IMG/VR virus record: IMGVR_UViG_3300029959_001566
Length of the DNA: 64,000 nucleotides
DNA from: a virus
Strand: one strand, 5' to 3'
Shown here: positions 51,852 through 62,701 of the stretch, one piece after another
Layout: each line of letters starts with the position of its first letter
Position numbering within the stretch: position 1 is the first letter of the stretch
Program-made: the position numbers and the translations under genes
The notes under the pieces: generated by a model
Databases searched by the model: none
What the model saw: only the letters and a program-made list of their open reading frames with translations
Told to the model about the DNA's origin: nothing

Positions 51852-54823
51852 CCGAACGCAGAGTTTTAATTCGGCTTGACCTCGAGGATCATGTACAGAA
51901 CAGACCTCTCGAGGTCAAGAAACAGCTCGATAGCCTAAACAAAGCAGCTGCAAAGGCAGTGCTGAATGTTCAGGTAAATGGTGCGAACCACATACAAAAT
52001 CTTATAAGATCCATCGAGCAGGCCAAGGCGACTGCCGCAAAGCCCACGTATTACCAGGGATCAGCTACACCATCTGCCGGGGCTCTATCATCCGTTAGTC
52101 TCGATGTGAGGAAAATCGAGGCAGCGCATAAGAAGCAACAGGCTGCCATGCTGGCCCAGATGGCGACGCTCATCACCCCAGAGGGCGGGCAGATGAGTGG
52201 CGGCATGAGGGGTAAGGTCTTCTCACCCGGCCAGGCCCCTCCAAAGCAGCCAAAGAACAGGGGCGAACCCCTGCCCGGGTCTGGCCTGATGGATATCAAT
52301 CCACTCGTTGGGAATTCCGTTGGCAAGGCAGTCCCTCAGCTATCCCAGTTCCAGGGAGTCCTGGGCAACACCGGCATAGCGGCTCTATCACTCAGCAGGT
52401 CGGTGAAGGCCGTCGATCTGGGCAGCCTGAAGAACATATCATCGGGCGCAGTGGATTCATTCAGGACAATGAACTCCACCATGAAGGGTCTGGGCTTTGG
52501 GGCCGTCACTTCAGGCGCTACTGCGTTTAAGTATGCCATAGGGCGGTTTGTATCAGGAGAGGGGAGCAACTTCCAGGGCTGGCTGAAGAACGCTACATCA
52601 GGACTGGCGGAGCACAAGCTCGCTCTTCTGGGGGCGGCTGGGGCTCTGGCAGCGGTGGCGACACAGGCTGCGATGACCAGCAAGACCTCTGCCAACCGAA
52701 TCAACTCCACGCTGAACACGCACATGATGGGCATCAAGCTCACCGACAAAGAGGGGGCAAAATCGTGGATTGAGGGGGCGCAAAAGGATGATTGGTCAGC
52801 CGGTCGTGATTCCCGGTTAGGTGTCTTCCAGACAGTCCTGAGTAAGAACAAGGGGATCGGGCAGAAGCAGGCGCAGAAGAGAACAGAGGATATCGAAAAA
52901 TTTTTCTTCGCCAATCAGGAGATGATGGCGGATAATCAGATCGGATCGGCGAAGGAGCTGGCATCTGCAATATCCGCACCAGAACTCAGTGGCGATGACG
53001 CAAGAAAGTTTGATGATATATTTGGGTTGGGCTTCAGCAAACTGCTCCCGCAAGCGCGGTTAGCTCGATTATCCACGGATGCGCCTAATGACGAGGAGCT
53101 CAAAGAGGCCGAGGAGGATAGGCCCGATGTTATCATGCAAAAGAGGCTATCGTCTGCGACTGCCTCCATGGGCGACGCCGTTCTTCCAGCGCTCAATGCC
53201 GTTTTAGGCGGGTTCCTCAAGATCTCCGATGCCATTGGCAAGATACCAGGCCTTGGCCCTATGCTGGGCTGGGGTGCAGTCCTGGGCGGTGCTGCAGCAG
53301 GCGGCCTCGCTCTGGTAGCCGTCGTGGGAAGCATGATACCAGGTATTCAGGCCATGATCGGCTTGACGCAATCCGACACTGCAGTCAAAGTGAAAAATAC
53401 CGCAGTCACATGGGCACGCACCGCAGCAACCTGGGCATCAAGCGCTGCAATGGGCGCATATACGGCAGTGCAGACTATAGCTACGGGTGGAGCCTATGCG
53501 CTGGCGGCAGGCATGTGGGCCGCACTAGCACCAGTGCTGCCATTTGTAGCGGCTGGCGCTCTGTTGGCCGTGGTGCTCGGTGCCGTGGCAAACAAGGCTG
53601 GCCTCTTGGGACCTCTTTTGAAGGGCTTCAAATCGATTGATCTGGGTAAGGTTTGGGGAGATCTGTCTAAAGGCGACTTCAGTAAAGCCTGGAAAGGTCT
53701 CACCAAAGGGTTCAAGCTGCCGAGCCTCGCCGAGATGTGGGGCAATGTCACAAGTGGCATAGATCTCAAAAAGCTGCTATCAGGCGGCGCTCTGAGGTTG
53801 GCTTTGGACGTGGGCACGTCTATGGCCATGCCCATGCTAAAGCCTGCGCTGATGTTGGTGGACTTCATCAGGAAGCTATGGGCCAACAGCGAGACCCTGA
53901 ATAAGCTTTTCAGGACTGCCTCATGGATCTGGCAGAGGATGTCAGAGTTCTTGAACTGGCTTTGGGCCGGCATCAAGTCTCTGCAGAGCTGGTTAGCTAC
54001 GGCCATTCCAGGGAGTGAGAAGGAGGAGGCCCGAAAACAGCGAGATAAACAGGCCGAACGTGAGGGTCTGCGCTGGAACGGTACTGAGTGGATCACGAAA
54101 GAGGGTTTCCGCGGTACGCCGAGCAGTAAGCTCTCTGATATGCAAACGGAATACAATAATTTACCAGACTTCGCTGGTGGAGTTGCAAAGGCGGTTGCGG
54201 ATGGTATGAAAGGGGTAGCTATGACCATACCAGGCATGTCCGAGTTAGTCGATGCCCTCGAGAAGCTGACAACCACGCTCGATGCGCCCAAGAATGCTGT
54301 CTCGGGGGTTGTTAGCCCCATAACAGGCAAGCTAAACAACCTTGGGGGATCGGATCAGTACACGGACTCTTCCGGGGCGGAGTGGCACTACAAGAACGGT
54401 AATCTCTGGACACAGAACCCGGCCGACAGTACCACAACCGATGTCGATCCCTCGACCGCACCGGATGAAGTTAAAAAGAGATTTAAGTTCGCCGGTGGCG
54501 CAACCTTCCAGACCGGCGGCCTGTTCCAGGGTGAGGTGGATCCATCAGAAGAGATAATTCCTCAGGCAATAACCCGAAGGGGTGCCGGCCCCATGTCTCA
54601 GATGCTCGAAAGGTTCCAGAAAGCGGCATCTGGGGGGCAGTCGTTCAGCTCCGGTGGTCAGCAGGTCAGCATATCTGCACCTATCAACATATACATTGAT
54701 AAGATTGAGAAGGAGGCTGACTCTGATAAGGTCCTGGAACAGCTCACCGAAAAACTACCATTCACCCTGCGAAACGCTCTTGACAATCTGGGAAATAGAA
54801 ATATAGGGTACCAGAGGGGCTGA
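51848..54823 (+). CDS. Tape measure protein
   Basis: 991 aa, Ala/Gly-rich helical with hydrophobic stretches; C-terminal FAGG..TGG..EEIIP. Confidence 0.9.
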   Translation: MTERRVLIRLDLEDHVQNRPLEVKKQLDSLNKAAAKAVLNVQVNGANHIQNLIRSIEQAKATAAKPTYYQGSATPSAGALSSVSLDVRKIEAAHKKQQAAMLAQMATLITPEGGQMSGGMRGKVFSPGQAPPKQPKNRGEPLPGSGLMDINPLVGNSVGKAVPQLSQFQGVLGNTGIAALSLSRSVKAVDLGSLKNISSGAVDSFRTMNSTMKGLGFGAVTSGATAFKYAIGRFVSGEGSNFQGWLKNATSGLAEHKLALLGAAGALAAVATQAAMTSKTSANRINSTLNTHMMGIKLTDKEGAKSWIEGAQKDDWSAGRDSRLGVFQTVLSKNKGIGQKQAQKRTEDIEKFFFANQEMMADNQIGSAKELASAISAPELSGDDARKFDDIFGLGFSKLLPQARLARLSTDAPNDEELKEAEEDRPDVIMQKRLSSATASMGDAVLPALNAVLGGFLKISDAIGKIPGLGPMLGWGAVLGGAAAGGLALVAVVGSMIPGIQAMIGLTQSDTAVKVKNTAVTWARTAATWASSAAMGAYTAVQTIATGGAYALAAGMWAALAPVLPFVAAGALLAVVLGAVANKAGLLGPLLKGFKSIDLGKVWGDLSKGDFSKAWKGLTKGFKLPSLAEMWGNVTSGIDLKKLLSGGALRLALDVGTSMAMPMLKPALMLVDFIRKLWANSETLNKLFRTASWIWQRMSEFLNWLWAGIKSLQSWLATAIPGSEKEEARKQRDKQAEREGLRWNGTEWITKEGFRGTPSSKLSDMQTEYNNLPDFAGGVAKAVADGMKGVAMTIPGMSELVDALEKLTTTLDAPKNAVSGVVSPITGKLNNLGGSDQYTDSSGAEWHYKNGNLWTQNPADSTTTDVDPSTAPDEVKKRFKFAGGATFQTGGLFQGEVDPSEEIIPQAITRRGAGPMSQMLERFQKAASGGQSFSSGGQQVSISAPINIYIDKIEKEADSDKVLEQLTEKLPFTLRNALDNLGNRNIGYQRG

Positions 54824-54828
54824 GCACC

Positions 54829-55452
54829 TCAGGAAGTGATATGTAAAGTCTCTAATACCAGTGAGATGTCTTTATCGTAGTCCATGTCCGAATACACAAC
54901 CACAAAAGTCCCGAGGTCTGGTGAATAGGTATAGATGTGTCGCGGCTTTTTCCAGGGAGCATAAGGCTCTGATGGCGGATACGCCACTACTTCTGTTGCG
55001 TTATATCCATCGATAACTGTATTGCTCGGACTGGATATGTCCCAGTCGCGTGCTTCGGCGGTTTCCATTTCGCTATATCCAAACGGATCAGGATCTACGG
55101 GTGCATCTGATAACGGAGAGACGTAACGATAGATATGTAAGTGCATCGATCCACCGGTACCAGGGACAACCATGAGCGTTCCAATATCATAGGTACAGGT
55201 GTGATAGCTCTTTCCGCTTCCTGCTGATCTATTCAGGACCGAGTCTTGATAATACCCATCGTAGCTGGCATTTTCGGCCCTGATGGAAAAGCTGACATTG
55301 TACGGGCCCATGGGGGTGGTGACATATACAGCATTATACGGTCCTGGCACAGCACTAAATCCAGGGCTTGTGTTGTTGATATGGATCGTATCGCTCATGG
55401 CAGGCCCCAATATCAGCAGCAGACTTAGCACAATTAGAGCATTCCGTAACAT
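54829..55452 (-). CDS. Secreted protein moron (GPYNVSF motif)
   Basis: Signal peptide; antisense within the tail operon. Confidence 0.7.
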   Translation of the reverse strand: MLRNALIVLSLLLILGPAMSDTIHINNTSPGFSAVPGPYNAVYVTTPMGPYNVSFSIRAENASYDGYYQDSVLNRSAGSGKSYHTCTYDIGTLMVVPGTGGSMHLHIYRYVSPLSDAPVDPDPFGYSEMETAEARDWDISSPSNTVIDGYNATEVVAYPPSEPYAPWKKPRHIYTYSPDLGTFVVVYSDMDYDKDISLVLETLHITS

Positions 55453-55551
55453 AGTTAAGAATTGTTCACCCCTCGCTTAAACCTCTTTCGAATTGCTGAC
55501 TGTCGGAGCCAAGAAAAGATAATATCTAAAGAAACCAACCCACTACATAAG

Positions 55552-56070
55552 ATGAAGCTCGGGATCACAATCACAGGCCCCAAGGTCCATGACGTGGGCT
55601 ACAGAGTTCTCCTTGGAAAGCTCGCCATGTCGCTGGGTTTACCTGGTTTTATGGCATATAACTGGGATGAAGAAGGCCAGCAACAGGTAATAGCTTTAGC
55701 CGAAGGCGATGAGGCCCGGATAGCCATACTCAAGAAGCGGATTGAAGAGAGAAAGCCAAATCTGGCTGTTGTATCGGCAATAAACTTCGATGATGGGTAT
55801 GATGGCGAGGTTGGACGCGCCAGCGAATATGCCATGCTCCTATCTTTCGAGCAATTTGATAAGGCCATCCCGATTCTCCAGGCAATCAAAGACAACACCG
55901 ATATAATCCCGCAGATGGCTAAAACCACGGAGAGGGCTGCTAACACAACAGATAAGATCCTAGAAGAGGCCAGGGGGATCAGGGACGAGGTTCAGCCGGG
56001 GTTGGGGATGCAGCTCAGGCAGATGCAGGCAGATATCAGGGCCTTAAAAGAACGAATGGGGATGCCCTGA
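55552..56070 (+). CDS. Acylphosphatase-domain protein with C-terminal coiled coil
   Basis: ITGPKVHDVGYR..AYN..AEGD acylphosphatase signature. Confidence 0.8.
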   Translation: MKLGITITGPKVHDVGYRVLLGKLAMSLGLPGFMAYNWDEEGQQQVIALAEGDEARIAILKKRIEERKPNLAVVSAINFDDGYDGEVGRASEYAMLLSFEQFDKAIPILQAIKDNTDIIPQMAKTTERAANTTDKILEEARGIRDEVQPGLGMQLRQMQADIRALKERMGMP

Positions 56071-56077
56071 GCCTGCA

Positions 56078-56647
56078 CTATATCAGATTATTTTCTTTCA
56101 GCCCCTTTAAGATCTCCTCTAACTTGGCTCCAAAGGTCACATCTCTCTCGTTTAGCCTGGCTACCAGCTTAGAATAATCTTTCGGGCCTATCACGCCATT
56201 CTTTGCGACGGCAGCGCGAACGGTGTAGGTCAGCTGTCGCTCAAACGTCCTGCCGTCTGTATAGGGGAAATTGTCCATGGCATCGATCAGGCTCAGCAGG
56301 TCTGATATCTCACGCTTTGCTTCAACCAGGCTCTTTGCCCATTGTGCGGCCTTCATAAGCGTATAAGTCACAAGAGCCGAGGACATCAGGAGTACGATAA
56401 ACACCGATAGAATCACGGCCCAATACATCTCTACCCAGCCTACGCCAAGGCCCAGCAGTTCTGCAACTTTTGAAATCCAGGTCAACAAGGTTACCCACCT
56501 GTCCTTAGTTTCGACGAATGTGTTCAAGAACAGTGCCATGAGGAGTATCGCCGAGGCGACCGAGACCGCGATCGCCGCCAGCAGCATGCGGTACCATTTG
56601 CTTCGAGCCCATTTCAACAGCTTCATCAAAGCATCGATGTAGTCCAT
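56078..56647 (-). CDS. Membrane protein moron
   Basis: Two hydrophobic segments then a helical domain. Confidence 0.65.
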   Translation of the reverse strand: MDYIDALMKLLKWARSKWYRMLLAAIAVSVASAILLMALFLNTFVETKDRWVTLLTWISKVAELLGLGVGWVEMYWAVILSVFIVLLMSSALVTYTLMKAAQWAKSLVEAKREISDLLSLIDAMDNFPYTDGRTFERQLTYTVRAAVAKNGVIGPKDYSKLVARLNERDVTFGAKLEEILKGLKENNLI

Positions 56648-56762
56648 GGACGGGCGTATTGACGGCAGTCATATTAACGCTTAATGTGCTGCTGAGGGAA
56701 ATAACTTTGGGTGAGATAGAAACGCCTTACAGATAACGTTTTTCTTGTTATATTTCTAGGAG

Positions 56763-57242
56763 TTGATTTTCATAGGCATAGGTGATCTTCTCGGAGGCGC
56801 AGCAGGCGCTATGATCGGCGTCAACATCGGCTTAAAAGGCGCCTGGAAGCACGTAAAAATTGGCTCGGTCGAGCTCGGCATCAAGAGAACAGACGACCCG
56901 GATCTGTCGCAACCCAATCCCGAGATAGAATGGTCCTGGGAAGCTGAGGTAGTCGTTCATAAAACGATAGGCCAGAAGCCCATAAGCGTATGCACTATTC
57001 CCGATGGCCTCTGGTACCTGGCGCTGAAGTTCACCACGCTCAAAGGCACGGACGGCGGAATAAATGAGCAGCTAAAGGCCATCAGGGACATGGACGCGGG
57101 GCCGCGCGGAGTCGAGGATATACTATTCAATGAGGGTAAATGCATGTTCCTCGTGAAGAAACTCATCAGGCAACCCAAAGGCTCCAAGGACTATTATCAC
57201 ACGGTCGAGCTCAATTTCGTCGAGTCCAATCCAGGGAGCTAA
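56763..57242 (+). CDS. Tail tube initiator (P2 GpU-like)
   Basis: TTG start; VVVHKTIGQKP motif; precedes hub. Confidence 0.6.
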   Translation: MIFIGIGDLLGGAAGAMIGVNIGLKGAWKHVKIGSVELGIKRTDDPDLSQPNPEIEWSWEAEVVVHKTIGQKPISVCTIPDGLWYLALKFTTLKGTDGGINEQLKAIRDMDAGPRGVEDILFNEGKCMFLVKKLIRQPKGSKDYYHTVELNFVESNPGS

Positions 57243-57245
57243 TCC

Positions 57246-58478
57246 ATGGTTTTAGTACCACATCTCATTATAGACGGCATGGATGCTTCTCGCTACCTTC
57301 TGACGGCTCACTGCGAGATGACGGCCAACGGCAGCAAGGACCCTGGCAAGTATGATCTGACTCTTGCCGACCCTGGCGGCATATTCTATGGTGCCTTTGG
57401 ACCCAAATCGATAGAGGCGACTGAACAGGAACAGCTTGGAAACTGGGATCTGGCGCCAAAGAAGAAAGTGTTCCTGCAGATGATAGAGACCCGCGCAGGT
57501 TGCGAAGCGGGTGCGGACAATACAACCACAATCTTCAGCGGCGAGATTCAGAAGGCTGAGGCTGATGAGGTGTACTGCCGGATCGAGGGCTCGTGTACTG
57601 AGGGCGGCATGACTTCTAGGATAAAACCCCGTACATGGCCGACTGGAACGCCGATCACTACGATAGTAAACGATCTCCTAGACATGTTCGGGGGCATACC
57701 CCAGAACAAGCGGCACATTCTGCCATATAAAAACGATACCGATGATATCACACCCGAGCTCAGGGAACATCTAGACTTCGACACTGCCCTCTACGAGGTC
57801 TCTTGCTGGGCGCAGTCCATCTACTTCTTCGATGAGAACGATGATTTTTGGTTCTGCCCTGCAACGGATCTGAGGGGCTTCTCCGACCTCACAGGGCGCA
57901 TACTCAGGGGCACCTCTGCAGCCAATATGGTTGGAAACTGCAACTTCGTCGAGGTTTATGGAGGGGCTCCAGAGGACCTCTCGGAGATCAAGACTCACAA
58001 GCTCATATACGCATTCGCCAAGGCCCCGGACTGGGAGATACAGACTTATGGGCTGCTCAAGGCTCCGCCTGTTACCTTGCCAAATGTCAGCCAGGAGAGG
58101 GCGCAACAGGTAGCAAACAACCTTTTGGAGTGGTATCGGCAGTACAAGGACGTGCCCACTATCAAAGTGGTAAACAGAGCCCCGGGACTTTTATCAAAAG
58201 TATCTTTCCAGCCCTGGAACGGGCACGCTCCGCCGCTCAACTGTGACGGCCTGGAAGGCGCCACCATGGCCCCAGTCATGGGCCTGGTCACTCGCCGGGT
58301 AGTCGACATATCAGCTGAGTCTGGCTTTGTCAGCTCTCTCGACGTGGCAACGCGGTTCTTGGACGCAGGCGTGCCGGTCGGCGAGGACGATATCAAAAAC
58401 TTCTACTCACAGAACCAGAATGCGTTAGAAGCAGATCCTGGCGTATCGAGTGCGCATCCGGGGGTCACATATGCCTAG
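57246..58478 (+). CDS. Baseplate hub (gp27/GpD-like)
   Basis: IFSGEI, YFFDENDDFWF motifs; 410 aa. Confidence 0.8.
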   Translation: MVLVPHLIIDGMDASRYLLTAHCEMTANGSKDPGKYDLTLADPGGIFYGAFGPKSIEATEQEQLGNWDLAPKKKVFLQMIETRAGCEAGADNTTTIFSGEIQKAEADEVYCRIEGSCTEGGMTSRIKPRTWPTGTPITTIVNDLLDMFGGIPQNKRHILPYKNDTDDITPELREHLDFDTALYEVSCWAQSIYFFDENDDFWFCPATDLRGFSDLTGRILRGTSAANMVGNCNFVEVYGGAPEDLSEIKTHKLIYAFAKAPDWEIQTYGLLKAPPVTLPNVSQERAQQVANNLLEWYRQYKDVPTIKVVNRAPGLLSKVSFQPWNGHAPPLNCDGLEGATMAPVMGLVTRRVVDISAESGFVSSLDVATRFLDAGVPVGEDDIKNFYSQNQNALEADPGVSSAHPGVTYA

Positions 58479-58755
58479 TGTCCTGTTATCAGGCGCAATC
58501 TACAAGCTTGCAATGCAGTCTGCCGAGGCAAAGAACCCGGCCATCAATTACGCGACTCTTCAGAAGGACCGCTCCTGGACGCTGATTTACAACCCCAAAA
58601 CCAAGGATGGGATGTTCGTTAAGAAGCTCAACGTCTGCACGTACCTGGGGACAGATTATTGTGAAGCCTATCCTCAGATCGGGACAAACACGGCTCTAGT
58701 AGGCAATATACAGGCATTGAACGCACAGGGCTGGCCTGCGATAGAAGGGATCTGA
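58471..58755 (+). CDS. Hypothetical baseplate-module protein
   Basis: Overlaps both neighbours. Confidence 0.55.
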   Translation: MPSVLLSGAIYKLAMQSAEAKNPAINYATLQKDRSWTLIYNPKTKDGMFVKKLNVCTYLGTDYCEAYPQIGTNTALVGNIQALNAQGWPAIEGI

Positions 58756-59948
58756 TGGCTCAAAATGCGTTCTCCAGGAACATTGATAGCAGTAGGCGTG
58801 AAGATTCTCGAAAGGGCCAGATGGATCGCTGCGAAGTAATAGATGTTCATCCTCACGTTGCGCCCTATAACAACGGCCAGGGAGACAAGGACTTCAATGT
58901 CGTGGACGTTCAGCTTATCGACAGACCCCGAGACAGTGACGGGGCACTGTGCATAAAGCGTACTCGCCTGAACTGTGCTCAGCAGTACCATGGGCTCTTT
59001 CAGGGCAACCCCTGGACACCACGGATCGGCGACCAGATCTTGGTTTATTGGCTCAATGAAAGAGAGGGCATTGTCATATGCTCTATCACCTCAGCCGAGC
59101 AGGAGCCCGTCTGCCGCTCCCAGGCCTGCGCAGAGCATCAGGAGATAGTCTGCAAGAGAGCTGCCTGGAGACCGCCAGAACGAAACGCGGACGGCAACTA
59201 CGTTGTCTTCCCGCCGCCACAGCATCCCGATTGTTTCAAGTGGTGGCCGGTGACCAGGGACCAGATCTTCATCTTCGACTGCCCGAATGGTCACGAGAAG
59301 CCCTCGTGCTGTAAGGATACTCCTTGCACTTGTCTGGACGACCTCATAAGAGGCACGTACCTTAAGTTATTCTCGGACATCAGCCCCACCAAACTGGATC
59401 GAGCCTGGCGAGTCAAGTTCCATCATCACTGCGGCTCTGTGTGGTATTACGACGAAGACGGGACGATCTACACCGAGAACAGGGTGGCTGAAGACCCGCG
59501 CGGCCACGTAAAGCATGATCCCACAGGCACCATCGACATACATTCGGAGTCAGGAGACGATGAAGGCGCCCGCCTGATGGTAGTCGCAGATGAGGATACC
59601 TGGGCTGATGAACATGGGTCAATAGCATCCGAAATGATCCATCTTCCAACAATGGGTCTCGTGAGGGTCTACAAGGACGGTTCCGTGCGGATTGTGTCCA
59701 AGGGCGGCACCGGAGAGATGCGTCTAAATTCTGACGGTACCTGTTGGTTGTGGGACAGGGCCCACGATAATTATGTGGAGTTCAAGGCCGATGGCACATG
59801 TGATATCAAGGCGGTTAATGTGAACATCTCGTCGGTTAATGTGAACATCTCATGCGCAAACCTGGAAGCTACGGCATCTGCCGGGGTGAACTTCATAACA
59901 CCCGTCATCAAGCGCAACGGTGAAATCATACACAGCGGGGGTGATTAA
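58755..59948 (+). CDS. Baseplate central spike (gp5/gpV-like)
   Basis: OB-fold PRIGDQILV; C-terminal beta-helix repeats, FKADG.CDIKA.NVNI. Confidence 0.8.
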   Translation: MAQNAFSRNIDSSRREDSRKGQMDRCEVIDVHPHVAPYNNGQGDKDFNVVDVQLIDRPRDSDGALCIKRTRLNCAQQYHGLFQGNPWTPRIGDQILVYWLNEREGIVICSITSAEQEPVCRSQACAEHQEIVCKRAAWRPPERNADGNYVVFPPPQHPDCFKWWPVTRDQIFIFDCPNGHEKPSCCKDTPCTCLDDLIRGTYLKLFSDISPTKLDRAWRVKFHHHCGSVWYYDEDGTIYTENRVAEDPRGHVKHDPTGTIDIHSESGDDEGARLMVVADEDTWADEHGSIASEMIHLPTMGLVRVYKDGSVRIVSKGGTGEMRLNSDGTCWLWDRAHDNYVEFKADGTCDIKAVNVNISSVNVNISCANLEATASAGVNFITPVIKRNGEIIHSGGD

Positions 59949-60452
59949 ATGCCCTGGGGAGATGTATGGCTTAACGCCCATCTCGACAATGACGGTATTT
60001 GTCGATGCCATGGTCGGTTATCGCCCGGTCACAGCCCAAACGGTGATATAGAAAGGGTAACGCCCATCAAGCAAAAGGATGGTACCACAGACTATTCAAA
60101 ATGCATTGAACAGAGGGTAGTAGTATGGCTGGCTTGCCGTAAGGGCGAGAGGCCCATTCACCCAAAGTTTGGTTGCTGCATCAGGGATTTCTATGATGAG
60201 CCATTGACAGGTTCGCGCCTGATCGACCTGAAAGGAGCCCTTGAGAGAGAGCTGAGTAAGGATGTATTCCCAGAAAAAGAGTTCAAGGTGAGCGGAGTCA
60301 GGGTCAACAGCCCGGCCCGAAATGTTGTGAAGTGCGAGGCCACGGTGGGGAACTATGATGTGGAGTTCACAACGGACCCTGCGATTCTGGCGGCGTTGCA
60401 GAGTCAGCTATCACGAGCTCTAATCGACCTGGGGATGAAAAAACCATATTGA
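59949..60452 (+). CDS. Baseplate wedge gp25-like protein
   Basis: LACRKGERPIHPKFGC signature. Confidence 0.85.
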   Translation: MPWGDVWLNAHLDNDGICRCHGRLSPGHSPNGDIERVTPIKQKDGTTDYSKCIEQRVVVWLACRKGERPIHPKFGCCIRDFYDEPLTGSRLIDLKGALERELSKDVFPEKEFKVSGVRVNSPARNVVKCEATVGNYDVEFTTDPAILAALQSQLSRALIDLGMKKPY

Positions 60453-60459
60453 GGTCATC

Positions 60460-61905
60460 ATGTCGTCAATAACAGACTTTACAGCTTTCCTTAATGCCAG
60501 CCCCGAGCAGCTTTACGCAGACTGGTTATCTTACATAACTACAAGAGATCCCCTCTTGCAGGACACATCACTTGCAACTTTCAATTCCATCCTGGCGGAG
60601 GCGGTAGCGTCACAGTTTTGGATATTCAAAGAATTATTAATCCAAAAAGTCCAGGATTCCAATATCCTCACGGCTACAGGCGACGCCCTATCAGCCATTG
60701 TGAGGGCATACTCCATCACCCGACAGCCGGGCATCAGGGCAACAGGCGTCATAAAGTTTGTCCGCAACTCACCGGCCCCCTCGGCCATCACCATCGATGC
60801 CGGCATACTTTGCGGTATGCGCCCAGAGTCAGGCGGCACAATGCTGCAGTTCAGGACGACCCAGCAGGCTATCATAGCCCAGGGTGCGTACTCGGCATAC
60901 GCGCCCGCACAGGCCGCAGATGCAGGCATAGCTTACAATGTGGGTGCAAACACCATAACTGCAATGCTGCAGCCGGTGGTGGGCGTCTCATCTGTCATCA
61001 ATGATGCCCCGTTCTCAGGCGGCACGGGTGGGGAATCAGACGAAGACCTCAGGGCCAGGGCATTGTACACCTTCTGGGTACCCGGTAAGGCCACCATACC
61101 CCTGATGACTGAGCATATAGCAGGCCTGGAAGACGCCAGGGAAGTCAAGATAACCACGCTTGGCCAGGGCGATGTCCTGATAGTCTATGACGGCGAGTCG
61201 GATGAAGGCCTGCGGGACATGATATACGAAAATCTGGCCAGTGGCTGCACATGCCCCGGCGTCCTGGCCGCGTCTTTGCTGCAGTCTGGCAACCTGTTCG
61301 ACCTTGGAGACTGCGCAGGCGCTGACGTGTGGGCCAGGACAAGAGACTACATAGCAGATGAGACAATAGTTCCCTTTGTCTACGTGAACATTACAGGAGC
61401 CCCGCAAAATGGCACATTCACGTTTCCGGCAGGCTCTGGCGCAGGTACGCCTGTTAAGGCTGAGCTGGCAAACACTGCTTCACAGGCCACGAGCATCACA
61501 AGCGCGACCTACACAGGCGCAGCTAACATAGATCTCTACCTTGGAAAAGGGGAATATCCCTATCTTTGGGTGCCTCCCACCATAAGACCTGCTGCGGTGG
61601 ATGCTACATTCGTTCTCACAGCCACACCGGAGGTAGATCTTCTGGGTCCTGGTGGCAAGATAGCAACATCAATAGCAGCGAAATTGAACTCCTACAAGAT
61701 CGGGGATGTCCTGGAGTGGGAAGATGTCTATCTATACTGCAGGGTGGACTATGCGACAGGAAGGCTTTTCTCAGGAATTGATCGGGTACCCACGTTCTCA
61801 ATCACCTGCAGGGGTCAGACCTTGACAGGGACTGGCGATAGAGTGGTCATAGATGAGGACGGCCGGGTAGCGAGTGGAATTATTAGCGCGGTGGCGGCAA
61901 CATGA
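60460..61905 (+). CDS. Baseplate J-like wedge protein
   Basis: TATGDALS, ATGVIKF, GGTGGESDEDLRAR. Confidence 0.92.
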   Translation: MSSITDFTAFLNASPEQLYADWLSYITTRDPLLQDTSLATFNSILAEAVASQFWIFKELLIQKVQDSNILTATGDALSAIVRAYSITRQPGIRATGVIKFVRNSPAPSAITIDAGILCGMRPESGGTMLQFRTTQQAIIAQGAYSAYAPAQAADAGIAYNVGANTITAMLQPVVGVSSVINDAPFSGGTGGESDEDLRARALYTFWVPGKATIPLMTEHIAGLEDAREVKITTLGQGDVLIVYDGESDEGLRDMIYENLASGCTCPGVLAASLLQSGNLFDLGDCAGADVWARTRDYIADETIVPFVYVNITGAPQNGTFTFPAGSGAGTPVKAELANTASQATSITSATYTGAANIDLYLGKGEYPYLWVPPTIRPAAVDATFVLTATPEVDLLGPGGKIATSIAAKLNSYKIGDVLEWEDVYLYCRVDYATGRLFSGIDRVPTFSITCRGQTLTGTGDRVVIDEDGRVASGIISAVAAT

Positions 61906-62663
61906 TTGATCTCGATGATTTCGCAGGAACGATAATAAATACAAGCCGATGGGTTGAGCGCTGGGCAATAGGGGAAGCTCTCATACAGAACGACGGCCTT
62001 GCAATGGGCTGGAGCAATGGAGGAGTGCCAGGAAGCAACTCTGCTGGAGTCAGGACCGCAAAGGTCTATGGCCCCAATACAACCGTGTCGATAAAGATTG
62101 ACCCCAGCAGCACTTTCAGAGGCCAGATATATCTATCACTGTACAGGGATGCTCAGAATCAGGTTCTCTTCGGGTGCTATCACACAGACGCATATGGAGA
62201 TGAGAAAGCCTGGCTGGGGATACTGTCTGATGGGGTCACCACAGACGCGTTTCTGTCCACCTCACCCAACGATGGCCTGCCACATAAATACAGCGCAAAG
62301 GTCTATACAGCCTCGATAGAGCTGTACCTGGATGATGTCCTCCTGGGTTCCAGGGCCATCAACTGCTTATGCGGTGTGGATGGTTCCGCCAAGTACAGCA
62401 TAGGCCTGGTGGCACAGCTCGACACCGAATCGAGTAACGGGCTCTTCACTGAATATTCATCGGCTTCTGGGGCAGATGGGGGCGGAACCACCGGGCAGCA
62501 CCTATTTGCTATCAGAGGAGAGACGGCCGAGGGCGCAAAGGACGTTGTAGATACGCCAGTATACTCAAGTGATATTCAGACGGCGATTAACGTCTATCTG
62601 GTAGAGCATCCGACCAATGTTGTGACTTTTGCAAAAAGGATGTATTGGGATGTGTTGGTTTAG
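61902..62663 (+). CDS. Beta-sandwich (lectin-like) tail/receptor-binding candidate
   Basis: LDDFAGTIINTSRW, IELYLDDVLLG; last late gene. Confidence 0.55.
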   Translation: MIDLDDFAGTIINTSRWVERWAIGEALIQNDGLAMGWSNGGVPGSNSAGVRTAKVYGPNTTVSIKIDPSSTFRGQIYLSLYRDAQNQVLFGCYHTDAYGDEKAWLGILSDGVTTDAFLSTSPNDGLPHKYSAKVYTASIELYLDDVLLGSRAINCLCGVDGSAKYSIGLVAQLDTESSNGLFTEYSSASGADGGGTTGQHLFAIRGETAEGAKDVVDTPVYSSDIQTAINVYLVEHPTNVVTFAKRMYWDVLV

Positions 62664-62701
62664 GGCAGGTGCGCGGCTGCCCTCTCCCCCCTCACACACA
62701 T

